Source of the DNA: Saccharofermentanales bacterium
Lineage (GTDB): Bacteria > Bacillota > Clostridia > Saccharofermentanales > DTU023
Direction of reading: 5' to 3'
DNA length: 64,000 nt
Assembly (NCBI GenBank): GCA_050951925.1
Contig: JBMNJZ010000001.1
Coordinates: 1,491,015-1,555,014 of the forward strand
In this document: positions 9,037-18,286 of the stretch, one piece after another
Position numbering within the stretch: the first letter of the stretch is position 1
How the letters are laid out: every line of letters begins with the position of its first letter
Notes under the pieces: model-generated
The model's input: only the letters and a program-made list of their open reading frames with translations
Database searches by the model: none
Told to the model about the DNA's origin: nothing
Program-made: the position numbers and the translations under genes

Positions 9037-10944
9037 CTATTTATGAATAATTAACGATTCAACTGCCTTTATTATGCCTTGCATGTCCAGACCTGAGGCA
9101 GAAAGTAAACTGGATCGTTTGGCTTGGCCTGCCAGCGGATGTATGATCCCCAGATGCTCTGAAATCAATCCATCTACGGAAGAACAAAGTTGTGAGATAA
9201 TGCTTTCTCCCCAACCGGACTTCTTGATGCCATCTTCAATAACTAGCAGTCGCTTCGTATCCTTAATTATACTAATAATATCATGAATATTACATGAATT
9301 GACACAGATAGATGAATAAACACTAATACTTATGCCTTTTCCCCGTAAACAGTCGGCGGCTGCCAATGCAGGGAAAACCATAGGCCCAAGTGCCAAGACA
9401 ACCATATCTTTTCCAGCTCTAACCTGTCTGATGCAATATGGATCAAATTTATCTGCGGCACGAGACTGTCGATCTATCTCAGCAAGATCAAAGGCCAGGT
9501 CTTTAGGATATCTGATCAGCACTGGATTATTTCTATCCAGAGCTATTCTTAATAATGAACGCAAATCATTCGCAGTTGCAGGGGCAAAAATCTCCAAGTT
9601 GGGGAAAGGCATCGTCAGTGACAAATCATAGATTCCTTGGTGAGTTTCGCCGTCACCGCCAACAGCCCCTGCTCTATCTACCACTATCGTAACCGGCAGA
9701 TTTTGCAGACAGATATCATGCAATAGTTGATCCAGTCCTCTTTGTAAAAAAGTGCTGTAAAGGGCTACAAATGGTCTCATACCACCTTTAGCCAGTCCTG
9801 CTGCTAATGTAAGGGCATGTTGTTCAGCTATTCCAACATCAAAAAATCTATCCGGAAACTGTGCCTCAAATTCCAGTAGCCCAGTTCCTGAAGTCATAGC
9901 TGCTGATATGGCACAGACATCAGGATTGCTTTTACCTAGCTTTGTTATCGTCTGACCGAAGACCTCTGACCAACTAACTTGAGACTCAGTCTCAGGATAA
10001 CCATTAAGTCCCACCTCAATTTCAAAAGGAACAACACCATGATACTCTGATGGCTTTTGCTCAGCATAAGAATAGCCCCTGCCTTTTTGAGTTATTGTGT
10101 GAACCAGCACTGGGCCTTTTATAGCTCGTGCAGAGCGCAGATATCTTTCCAGTTGACAGATATCGTGCCCGTCTACCGGTCCATAATATCTAAACCCCAA
10201 TTGCTCAAACATCGAGCTGGTTCCATGATAATTGTGAATAATACGCCTGCCTGCACGCTTCAATGACTCAGCGCCTTTAACCATTAAATTTCCAATCAAT
10301 GGTACTCGCTGCAATCTGGTCTGCCATCGGCTTTTGAGCGACAGGTACCCGGGCGCCAAGCGCAAACGTTCGAGATGCTTGGCAAATCCACCCACTACAT
10401 GGTCAATCGACATTTGATTGTCGTTCAAAATAACTACAATATCATCTCCGCATTGACAAATATCGTTCATAGCTTCATATGCCATGCCGCCGGACAATGC
10501 ACCATCACCGATAATAACAACTACCTTCCCGCTCTCTTGACGCAGTTTACGCGCCCGTACCAGGCCGCATGCCGCTGACATTGATGTACTGCTATGACCC
10601 GTGTTAAAGCTATCGTATTCACTCTCTGCTGTTTTAGGAAAACCTGATAGGCCTCCTTCCTGCCTGAGTTTTTTGAATTCTTCAGACCGGCCAGTCAGAA
10701 TCTTCCAACTATAACATTGATGCCCCACATCAAAAATCACAGAATCAGTAGGGAAATCATAGGTAGACAATAGAGCAATCGTCAGCTCTACCACTCCAAG
10801 ATTTGAAGACAAATGTCCGCCGTTTTTAGCAGTGTATTTAATAACATAGTTACGAAGCCGTACAGCAAGCTGCTCCTTTTGCTCTATAGTCATTGCACTT
10901 ATGTCCCGTGCTGTGGGCCAACTGTCCCTATCCACTATTGCCAT
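9037..10944 (-). CDS. dxs: 1-deoxy-D-xylulose-5-phosphate synthase
   Basis: TPP-binding GDG motif (IGDGALSGGMAYEA), and GHSSTS and transketolase-like domains. The start is placed at MAIVDRD (ATG at 10944), 1 nt after the ispA stop. The 13-codon upstream extension in the ORF track would overlap ispA. Confidence 0.9.
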   Translation of the reverse strand: MAIVDRDSWPTARDISAMTIEQKEQLAVRLRNYVIKYTAKNGGHLSSNLGVVELTIALLSTYDFPTDSVIFDVGHQCYSWKILTGRSEEFKKLRQEGGLSGFPKTAESEYDSFNTGHSSTSMSAACGLVRARKLRQESGKVVVIIGDGALSGGMAYEAMNDICQCGDDIVVILNDNQMSIDHVVGGFAKHLERLRLAPGYLSLKSRWQTRLQRVPLIGNLMVKGAESLKRAGRRIIHNYHGTSSMFEQLGFRYYGPVDGHDICQLERYLRSARAIKGPVLVHTITQKGRGYSYAEQKPSEYHGVVPFEIEVGLNGYPETESQVSWSEVFGQTITKLGKSNPDVCAISAAMTSGTGLLEFEAQFPDRFFDVGIAEQHALTLAAGLAKGGMRPFVALYSTFLQRGLDQLLHDICLQNLPVTIVVDRAGAVGGDGETHQGIYDLSLTMPFPNLEIFAPATANDLRSLLRIALDRNNPVLIRYPKDLAFDLAEIDRQSRAADKFDPYCIRQVRAGKDMVVLALGPMVFPALAAADCLRGKGISISVYSSICVNSCNIHDIISIIKDTKRLLVIEDGIKKSGWGESIISQLCSSVDGLISEHLGIIHPLAGQAKRSSLLSASGLDMQGIIKAVESLIIHK

Positions 10945-10945
10945 C

Positions 10946-11854
10946 TTAGTTACCTCGTTCAGAAAGATAATCGTTAAAGGCAATAAAGAAACCGATATCC
11001 TGCTCTTTTGCCAGGATCTCCAGCAACTCCAAGGCTTTGCCCTGCTCGCTTCTAATCAATTCCTTTGTCTTGCTCAGACCATAGACCGTAACAAAAGTAC
11101 TTTTCCGGTCACGTTCATCCTTGCCGGTTGATTTTCCAAGCACTGCAGCATCAGCAGTAAAATCAAGCACATCATCCATCATTTGAAATATAAGACCCCA
11201 GATCAAACCTAGCTGTTTCCATAGACCGGTCTCAAATTCAGTAGCTTTCCCCAGAACAGCTCCTGCCAGCAAGGAAGCCGACAGTAATGCGCCTGTTTTT
11301 TTATGCTGCAGGTCAGTCAAAATAATTTCCGTCGCCTTAACTTGCTCTAACTGCAAATCCAGACATTGCCCGGCGATCATGCCTCGACCACCGGCAGCTT
11401 CAGCAATAAGCAGCGCAGCCTGAATCTTTTCTCTTGCTAAAGCAGATGAGTTTGATATATTACGCAGCATAATCTCAAAAGCGGCTGTTAACAAAAGATC
11501 ACCCGCCAAAACAGCTGTGGCTTCTCCATACTTCTTATGACATGAAGGTTGCCCTCGTCTTAGGTCATCATCATCCATTGCCGGCAAATCATCATGGATC
11601 AACGAATATGTGTGAATCATTTCAATTGCCGCCGCGAAGGAAAGATAATCTGATTTTTTTACACCATATAGTTTGGCTGCTTCTATCAGTAAAATTGGCC
11701 GGATACGTTTGCCACCGCCCAACAGGCTGTATCTGGACGCAATAGCCGCACTATTTCCCGAGATTTCAGTATAGGTCAATATATAATTCTCCAGGAAGCT
11801 TTCAATATCTATCCGGTGCTGAAGAAGCACGGCATTAAAATCTGATTTAAGCAT
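10946..11854 (-). CDS. ispA: Polyprenyl (farnesyl/geranylgeranyl) diphosphate synthase
   Basis: First aspartate-rich motif LIHDDLPAMDDDDLRRG and second motif FQMMDDVLD. Confidence 0.9.
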   Translation of the reverse strand: MLKSDFNAVLLQHRIDIESFLENYILTYTEISGNSAAIASRYSLLGGGKRIRPILLIEAAKLYGVKKSDYLSFAAAIEMIHTYSLIHDDLPAMDDDDLRRGQPSCHKKYGEATAVLAGDLLLTAAFEIMLRNISNSSALAREKIQAALLIAEAAGGRGMIAGQCLDLQLEQVKATEIILTDLQHKKTGALLSASLLAGAVLGKATEFETGLWKQLGLIWGLIFQMMDDVLDFTADAAVLGKSTGKDERDRKSTFVTVYGLSKTKELIRSEQGKALELLEILAKEQDIGFFIAFNDYLSERGN

Positions 11855-12095
11855 CTGGAAATTCGACCTTAGTTTCGATTAGCTTTCCCTCGGGTCCTAA
11901 CTGAATTTTGCTGATTTCCTCAGTCAGCGCCGACAATTTCTCTTCGCAGGCTTTCGCCAAAGTTACACCTTCTCTGAATAAATCAAGTGACTCTTCCAGT
12001 GGCGCATCACCTTTCTCAAGGAGATTGACAATCTCTTCCAGTCGTTCTACAGCTGACTCATAACTTAATTCAAATTTTGTCTCATTATTACTCAT
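11847..12095 (-). CDS. xseB: Exodeoxyribonuclease VII small subunit
   Basis: 82-aa helical protein (SYESAVERLEEIVNLLEKGDAPLEESL) immediately downstream of xseA. Confidence 0.88.
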   Translation of the reverse strand: MSNNETKFELSYESAVERLEEIVNLLEKGDAPLEESLDLFREGVTLAKACEEKLSALTEEISKIQLGPEGKLIETKVEFPDA

Positions 12096-12116
12096 AGAAA
12101 TTTTCCTTTCTCCTTC

Positions 12117-13511
12117 TCAATCAGGAAGGCTCTCCGCCTGTGAATTTTCTAATAATTCTAAAGTATAAAGCTCTTTGATGCCGGCATCAGCGATTCCATC
12201 CGCCAAATAAATGCGGATATCAGCACCTATAGTCAGCTGTTCCAGTGAGCTTATTGCTCTGCCGGTTTTGAGACAGCTCAATCTGGCATAGCCTCTTCTA
12301 ACAACAGCATTGGGATCTAAAGCCAGGAGTTTAGCAGCAAGTTTGTCCAGCCGTAAACGTTCCCGGGATAGCTTTTGAGATATATTCGCTCTGAGCATAT
12401 TCTGCCCTTTATCAAGCAGAACCGATCGGTTTTGCAGTATACTTAAATATGACTTTCCCATCCTGTCTTTCAATCTGGCAATTCGTATGGGTTGATTCGC
12501 AGATACAGCATTCAGGCTGTTTTGCAAACGCCAACCTAATAAATCCAATTTTTGTAGCCGTGAACTGATCAAATAATCACCTTGTGTCAAAACGGGACGC
12601 TCAGTCAAATGTTTTAATTTACTATCCGCCAGAGCAAGAGCATGTAAAAGCAGCATCTTCATTCGATTGCAATACATATCCATATTCGCCAATAAATCAG
12701 ACTTGCGGGGCAAAACCAGTTCAGCAGCAGCCGAGGGAGTAGGCGCTCTCAGATCAGAAACGAAATCGCAAATTGTATAATCTGTTTCATGACCAACGGC
12801 AGAAATAACAGGGATTTCCGAAGCGGATACTGCCAGAGCAACCTCTTCACTATTAAATGGCATCAAATCTTCAAGCGATCCGCCACCGCGGCAGATAATC
12901 AGAACATCACAGTCAGTCTCGCTATTAGCCAATGCCAAAGCAGCAACAATTTCCTGGATCGAGGAAGATCCTTGAACCGACACCGGAAAAATTTTAATGA
13001 CAAAGCCAGGGAATCTCCTGCGTAAAATATGAACAATATCTCGGATAACTGCTCCCTCTAAAGAAGTAACAACTCCAATTCGTTGAGGCAGATAAGGAAT
13101 TTTTTTCTTCCTCTCATCAGCAAAGAGGCCCTTTTTCTGCAAACGGTCTCTAAGCTCAATAAATTTAGCATACAGCAGCCCCTCTCCTGCCCGCTCCATG
13201 GATCGGACAATTATCTGAAATCTACCACCTTGTTCATAAATAGTGGCATATCCGGTTATAATCACATGCTGCCCATCGACAGGCTTAAAACCAAGATTTG
13301 ACATTGCCGATTTAAAACAAACACAACTAATCTGAGCCTTGCTATCCTTGAGTGTAAAATAATAATGACCAGATATATAAAGTTTGCCGCCGGAGATCTC
13401 ACCCTCTACCCGGAGGGAACTTAGCAAAGAGTCCTGACTTAGAATCCTGGCAACATACTGATTTAATTCGCTGACACTAAGGATTGTCATCATTGTCATC
13501 CTCATCAGCAT
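12117..13511 (-). CDS. xseA: Exodeoxyribonuclease VII large subunit
   Basis: OB-fold N-terminus (LSVSELNQYV...LRVEGEIS) and a catalytic core with GRGGGS-like CRGGGSLEDL. The true start is probably one of the internal Met codons (MTMMT), which would reduce the overlap with nusB. Confidence 0.9.
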   Translation of the reverse strand: MLMRMTMMTILSVSELNQYVARILSQDSLLSSLRVEGEISGGKLYISGHYYFTLKDSKAQISCVCFKSAMSNLGFKPVDGQHVIITGYATIYEQGGRFQIIVRSMERAGEGLLYAKFIELRDRLQKKGLFADERKKKIPYLPQRIGVVTSLEGAVIRDIVHILRRRFPGFVIKIFPVSVQGSSSIQEIVAALALANSETDCDVLIICRGGGSLEDLMPFNSEEVALAVSASEIPVISAVGHETDYTICDFVSDLRAPTPSAAAELVLPRKSDLLANMDMYCNRMKMLLLHALALADSKLKHLTERPVLTQGDYLISSRLQKLDLLGWRLQNSLNAVSANQPIRIARLKDRMGKSYLSILQNRSVLLDKGQNMLRANISQKLSRERLRLDKLAAKLLALDPNAVVRRGYARLSCLKTGRAISSLEQLTIGADIRIYLADGIADAGIKELYTLELLENSQAESLPD

Positions 13512-13932
13512 CAGTACTTTTGCGCCCTGCTAATGCGCTATCTCTTTCTATACTACCCAAAACAGCATTAATATACGATCTAGATTTTTCGTCACTATAT
13601 TTGCGCGCCAGAATAACAGCTTCAGAAATAGATACTGACGTTGGTACATCCGCTAAATATTTCATTTCAAATAGCGCCAATCGCATAATGGTTAAGTCTA
13701 TACGCGGCAGACGCGAAATAGCCCAACCGATAAGCCGCGGTTCTATTTCTTGATCAAATTCCGCTTTATGCTCAAGAACACCGGTTACTATCAAATCAAA
13801 AAAGTCAGTATCCGCTCTGGATAAGCGCCATTCATCTAAAAAAAGTCGTCTTTGCAAGATATAGTCATCAGGTTGAATTTCCAGGCTGTATAAAAACATG
13901 AATGCACGTTCGCGCGCTAGTTTACGACTCAA
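13477..13932 (-). CDS. nusB: Transcription antitermination factor NusB
   Basis: About 150 aa with SRKLARERAFMFLY at the N-terminus and an AVLGSIER-type C-terminus. It sits in the conserved position upstream of xseA. Confidence 0.88.
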   Translation of the reverse strand: MSRKLARERAFMFLYSLEIQPDDYILQRRLFLDEWRLSRADTDFFDLIVTGVLEHKAEFDQEIEPRLIGWAISRLPRIDLTIMRLALFEMKYLADVPTSVSISEAVILARKYSDEKSRSYINAVLGSIERDSALAGRKSTDADEDDNDDNP

Positions 13933-13955
13933 TTCTAACCACCCCTCTGTATAGA

Positions 13956-14198
13956 TCAGCGAAATCTGCCGGGTGGAAATAATCTGTCAAGTAAGGATCT
14001 GATCGCATCCGGTTGACTGAAATATTTCGCTCCCACATAATATCCCACAACACCGAGAATCAGAATAAATAACATTCTAAAAAAGCCAAATAAAACCCAG
14101 AGTAAACCGATTACAAGCCCCACTACCGCACCGGTAAAACCGGGACTGTTACGCGCAAAGCCATCACGAATAATTTGCAATAAATTCCTGGACGCCAT
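13956..14198 (-). CDS. DUF2273-type small integral membrane protein
   Basis: 80 aa with two hydrophobic helices. It occupies the conserved third position of asp23-amaP-DUF2273 loci. Confidence 0.7.
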   Translation of the reverse strand: MASRNLLQIIRDGFARNSPGFTGAVVGLVIGLLWVLFGFFRMLFILILGVVGYYVGAKYFSQPDAIRSLLDRLFPPGRFR

Positions 14199-14209
14199 TT
14201 CCGCTGTCC

Positions 14210-14761
14210 TCAGCGCTCAACGCGAGCTGCAATGGCTTCTACGCGATTTACTTTAACCTGAACATCAGAAACTTCAATGCCTGTATATTTCTCAATGTCT
14301 TTTTTCACTCTCTCCTGCAGGCGAGACATCATCAATGGCAGTTCAACGTCGGAATAAGCCATTACGTTCATAGTCACCGAGATCTTCCCGCCTTTATAAG
14401 GTGAAACCCAGGCCTTGGCTGATTTGACTCCTGACTGTGATGCTTTAGCCGCATTCAATGCTATATTCTCTATGGCATCAACACCGATATCAATAGCGCC
14501 TATTTCATTTAAACGTACCCTTTGCTTTCTCATCCTGCCGGTCAGGATCGTAACGACCATGACTGCCAGAGATACCAGCACCATAATGAGGCAAGCTATC
14601 ATAGCAACTGTTTTATAAGGTTGCTTTTGCGCTATATCAATTATGGTTTCAATCATTCCCTTGAGAACGAATTCATTGGAAAGCATAAGCAAAATCAATA
14701 AAAAAAATACAGCCAATATAAAGGAAAAAGCTATAATAATAAATCGATTAACCCTATTCAT
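14210..14761 (-). CDS. amaP: Alkaline shock response membrane anchor protein AmaP
   Basis: 183 aa with two N-terminal TM segments, 4-nt overlap with the asp23-family gene, and a C-terminal Asp23-like segment. Confidence 0.7.
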   Translation of the reverse strand: MNRVNRFIIIAFSFILAVFFLLILLMLSNEFVLKGMIETIIDIAQKQPYKTVAMIACLIMVLVSLAVMVVTILTGRMRKQRVRLNEIGAIDIGVDAIENIALNAAKASQSGVKSAKAWVSPYKGGKISVTMNVMAYSDVELPLMMSRLQERVKKDIEKYTGIEVSDVQVKVNRVEAIAARVER

Positions 14762-15174
14762 CTTACAAATTGTTCCTCATCTAATTCTGTCCGGATACCA
14801 ATATCGGAAACCCCCATTACATGGACATCTACGGCTTCAACATTAAGGCCTGTGTACAGCTCCACTTCCTCTTTGACATGTTCTTGAATAGACCAGGCAA
14901 CATCCGGCATCACATAGCCAAATTGGATAATTGGATAAACAGTAATGGAAACAGCATCCGATCGGTCGCTGCGGAATGATACTCTGACTCCTTTACCTTC
15001 ATGGCTAACGCCGATAGATTCTTTCAGGGAAACAATAAGTCCCCGATCAAGGCTGTCAACACCTTCCGTAGCCATTGTAGCTTCCGCCGCATACTGAGCC
15101 ACGAAGCCTTGCGACATCGTACGCTCACCTTTAATTGAGTAGCGATTCGTTTCTTCAGACATAATATCAGGCAC
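14758..15174 (-). CDS. Asp23/Gls24-family envelope stress protein
   Basis: About 130-aa acidic protein with the IAAxAAxxVxGV-like segment ([12 protein letters not shown]) characteristic of Asp23. Confidence 0.8.
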   Translation of the reverse strand: MPDIMSEETNRYSIKGERTMSQGFVAQYAAEATMATEGVDSLDRGLIVSLKESIGVSHEGKGVRVSFRSDRSDAVSITVYPIIQFGYVMPDVAWSIQEHVKEEVELYTGLNVEAVDVHVMGVSDIGIRTELDEEQFVR

Positions 15175-15724
15175 GTTCCATATATTCGCCGGATCTGGTA
15201 TCTATGCGTATGATATCGCCGCGATTGATAAACAAAGGCACTTTCAAGACGGCACCGGTTTCAACCGTGGCGTTTTTATTGGCAGTTGTGGCGGTATCTC
15301 CCCGCACGGCAGGCTCACATTCAGTAACTTCAAGCTCAACAAAAGTCGGTGGTTCAACCTGGAGAATTTCTCCACTCCAAGATACTACACGACAAGTCAT
15401 TCCCTCTTTGAGAAATGTTATACCCTCACCCAGAGTTTCTTTGGCAATTGGTATCTGATCATATGATTCAACATCCATGAAATATAAAAGATTGCCATCG
15501 GAGTATAAATATGACATATCGCGGCGACTAAGTTGAGCTTGCTCAAATTTTTCCGACGGATTAAAGCTTTTTTGTACAACACTGCCTGTCTTTAGATTTT
15601 TATAAGTTGTGCGTACAAAAGCTGAGCCTTTGCCCGGCTTTACATGCTGGAAATCAATAACTTGGTAAATCTGACCGTCCATCACGAAATTTACTCCATT
15701 GCGGAAATCACCTGCACTAATCAT
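15167..15724 (-). CDS. efp: Translation elongation factor P
   Basis: [10 protein letters not shown]..., the [11 protein letters not shown] loop, and three OB/KOW-like domains. The start is trimmed to the Met that gives the canonical 185-aa length. Confidence 0.92.
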   Translation of the reverse strand: MISAGDFRNGVNFVMDGQIYQVIDFQHVKPGKGSAFVRTTYKNLKTGSVVQKSFNPSEKFEQAQLSRRDMSYLYSDGNLLYFMDVESYDQIPIAKETLGEGITFLKEGMTCRVVSWSGEILQVEPPTFVELEVTECEPAVRGDTATTANKNATVETGAVLKVPLFINRGDIIRIDTRSGEYMERA

Positions 15725-15832
15725 AAATACCTCCGTAAACGCCTGTTCGCGCATATATTCATCTTTCGCATATATTCTATGCTATATCCGATCAGTCCGC
15801 AAACCATTCTGACTGAACAGTATTTAATGAAT

Positions 15833-16363
15833 TTAGCGCAGGATATCCTCAAGAGAATCATAATCCCTTTTGTCAATCAGCAGCGTTTCGAACCATCTTT
15901 TAAACTTAATCGAGATTATTTCCTTTTGAAAACGGGGTTTGACCAACAGAATAAAGACACCTGCTCTTTTACCCGCCAAAACATCTGTAAAAATTTGATC
16001 CCCAACCAAAACTGCTTGATCAGGAGAGATTTGATAGCTCTGCATAATTTTTAAGATTCCGGAAGTACCTGGCTTGCCGGCTCTACCTTCATATGCGATT
16101 CCTGTCGCTTCCGCAAATTGGTAACCTCGATTACCGTGCGCATTAGTCAGCAGTGCAGGAATTAATCCAGCTTCCTTTACTGCAGCAATAACATTATTTG
16201 CGTACTCGTCACCACTGCTGGATCCATGTTGAGCTAATGTATTATCCAGATCCAGCATAACGACTTTAATTCCACGCTCTATAAGCTTGTACCAATCAAC
16301 TCGCCTAAGGTCTGTTACATACCAGTCAGGCATCATTTGCTTGCGAAAATTTTTCAGCCACAT
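15833..16363 (-). CDS. YqeG-family HAD-IIIA phosphatase
   Basis: HAD motif I VMLDLDNTL and the GDQIFTDV motif. 176 aa. Confidence 0.8.
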   Translation of the reverse strand: MWLKNFRKQMMPDWYVTDLRRVDWYKLIERGIKVVMLDLDNTLAQHGSSSGDEYANNVIAAVKEAGLIPALLTNAHGNRGYQFAEATGIAYEGRAGKPGTSGILKIMQSYQISPDQAVLVGDQIFTDVLAGKRAGVFILLVKPRFQKEIISIKFKRWFETLLIDKRDYDSLEDILR

Positions 16364-16417
16364 ATTTATTTATTTTAGCATTCCCTAAGCCGTTGCTCCA
16401 ATTATCCTGAGCTATAA

Positions 16418-18286
16418 TTAAGGTCGGAGGCTGCTCAAGACTTTGTCTGCATCAAAGAAACGACCAAGTTTTTGCCTTTGAGGTCTTCTCAATTCATCAC
16501 CACCGACATATACCTTGTCGGTATGGACATGACCTTTACCAGAAACCATATATGCTTTATCCCCATATCCTGAAAGAATGCGGAAACCGGCATCAGTCAA
16601 AAGTGATAATCTTGAGTGATCAGAAAGGACATGATCGCCATTTGGATAATGCAAAACTCTAACTTTACCAAGTAAAGGCTCAACCTCATCCTGCCATTTT
16701 TTTAAATCCTGCGCTATAACGCCAAGATTGCTGTTTGGAATATTAATGCCGCCCCAGGTATTACTGGCAAGAGTATATCCCTCTATACGCAACTCTTCAG
16801 CAATTTTCTTTATCTTAGCTTGATTGCTTATTAATTCTTCCTGACTTAACTCAATAGGGTCAAGCTGCAGTTGTTGTCTCTCATTATTCCAATTATTCAG
16901 CGAAGCCTGGGAATATACATGACCAAAAATACCGCGATTAGCAGTAATGGCTAACGTAGCTTTGGCACCATCATAAGAAAACTCCGGATGCTCTTGGCAG
17001 AAAGCATTGAGTATCCCTATTTCGGAATTGGCTTCAAGCACTGCTCGACTTCCTGTATTATGGTCTGTCAATACCCCGGCAATTTTATTCTGGTCTGTCA
17101 ATTCCAGACACTCCGCTGTCCCACTCTCTGCTCTTAAAGGAGAATATGCAAAGCTTTCAAAAACCAGGATTAAAGGCTTCTTGCCTTCAGGAATAATGAT
17201 TGGTGTGTACGTGCCCTTCTCAGAAATAAAGCTATCCCCGGATACTAAGATATAATCATTTGTTAGCAGTTGGTTTAAGATAGATTTGAATTCATCGGCA
17301 GTAATCATCAAGGAGTCAGCCTGCTTGGCATAAATATCATTGTCAAAAGCACGTGCAGGATCAACAATAATCGGCCTCATTGTTATATGTTCTATAGCTT
17401 GATTCCAACTAACTTGGACAGAGTCAGTGACCGAACTGATCTGACTATACCAGCTCAAAAACTCCGGGTCGTCCGGAAAGAAAACCATAACCTCTGTCAG
17501 TGCTTTTTTAGCTGTATAGTATCTGCCATTTTCGAGATATTGAGATATTATATGGTGATACTCATCATAGACTATTTGCGCGATCTCACCCTTTCTGCGC
17601 TCCACATATTTTCTAACTGTTAATGGCACTTCTTCCAATAATAAGTTATTCCAAAGTTTGTACGCCATAGGCCAATTTCTTTCACTTGCAAATTGTTCTG
17701 CCTTTTTAACATCGTCTTGAACAAGTTTAATTGTTTCTAAAGAATCAAATATGGGCTTAACTACTGATTGAAAACGGTCAATTTTTTGTAGAACATTTAG
17801 CTGTTCTACAAAAACTGACTCTGTAATATTGTCTTTAACAAATTCAATGGCCTGCCCTTCCAAAAACTCAATTATCAGCTCAGTGCTGATAATACCGGTA
17901 ATTGACAGAAAATTTTTATCTTCAGCGGAAAGACTCTTACCCTCTTTAACCTGCTTAATAATGGCTAATGTCTTGTCTTTTATATGAGTTTCGATAATAT
18001 GCATCTCCGACAAGTTAGCCTCTCTGACCGCTTTCGATTTAGTGTTATCAAAGGCAACATCTCTAGTCGCGGAATACAGCTCCATTAAATGTTGATAATC
18101 CTTTTCCTCTATGGCTTTCAGATATATATTGGAATCATGCACAACTTTTTGGGGCCAGATAGCTATTACTACAGCTATGGTAACAGAAAGCAGAAGCAGC
18201 ATAATTATTAGAATACGAAGTCTGCTCCTTGCAGCCTTATGGTATCTGTCAGGTCCTCCCGGTGGCATCCATTCCTTTGACATCAC
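16418..18286 (-). CDS. Membrane-anchored hypothetical protein with possible degenerate NodB (polysaccharide deacetylase)-like C-terminal half
   Basis: One N-terminal TM (ILIIMLLLLSVTIAVVIAIW), a helical middle, and a C-terminal region where LILVFESF stands where deacetylases have L.FDDG. Its start (GTG 18286 or ATG 18283) overlaps the parC stop. Confidence 0.4.
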   Translation of the reverse strand: MMSKEWMPPGGPDRYHKAARSRLRILIIMLLLLSVTIAVVIAIWPQKVVHDSNIYLKAIEEKDYQHLMELYSATRDVAFDNTKSKAVREANLSEMHIIETHIKDKTLAIIKQVKEGKSLSAEDKNFLSITGIISTELIIEFLEGQAIEFVKDNITESVFVEQLNVLQKIDRFQSVVKPIFDSLETIKLVQDDVKKAEQFASERNWPMAYKLWNNLLLEEVPLTVRKYVERRKGEIAQIVYDEYHHIISQYLENGRYYTAKKALTEVMVFFPDDPEFLSWYSQISSVTDSVQVSWNQAIEHITMRPIIVDPARAFDNDIYAKQADSLMITADEFKSILNQLLTNDYILVSGDSFISEKGTYTPIIIPEGKKPLILVFESFAYSPLRAESGTAECLELTDQNKIAGVLTDHNTGSRAVLEANSEIGILNAFCQEHPEFSYDGAKATLAITANRGIFGHVYSQASLNNWNNERQQLQLDPIELSQEELISNQAKIKKIAEELRIEGYTLASNTWGGINIPNSNLGVIAQDLKKWQDEVEPLLGKVRVLHYPNGDHVLSDHSRLSLLTDAGFRILSGYGDKAYMVSGKGHVHTDKVYVGGDELRRPQRQKLGRFFDADKVLSSLRP

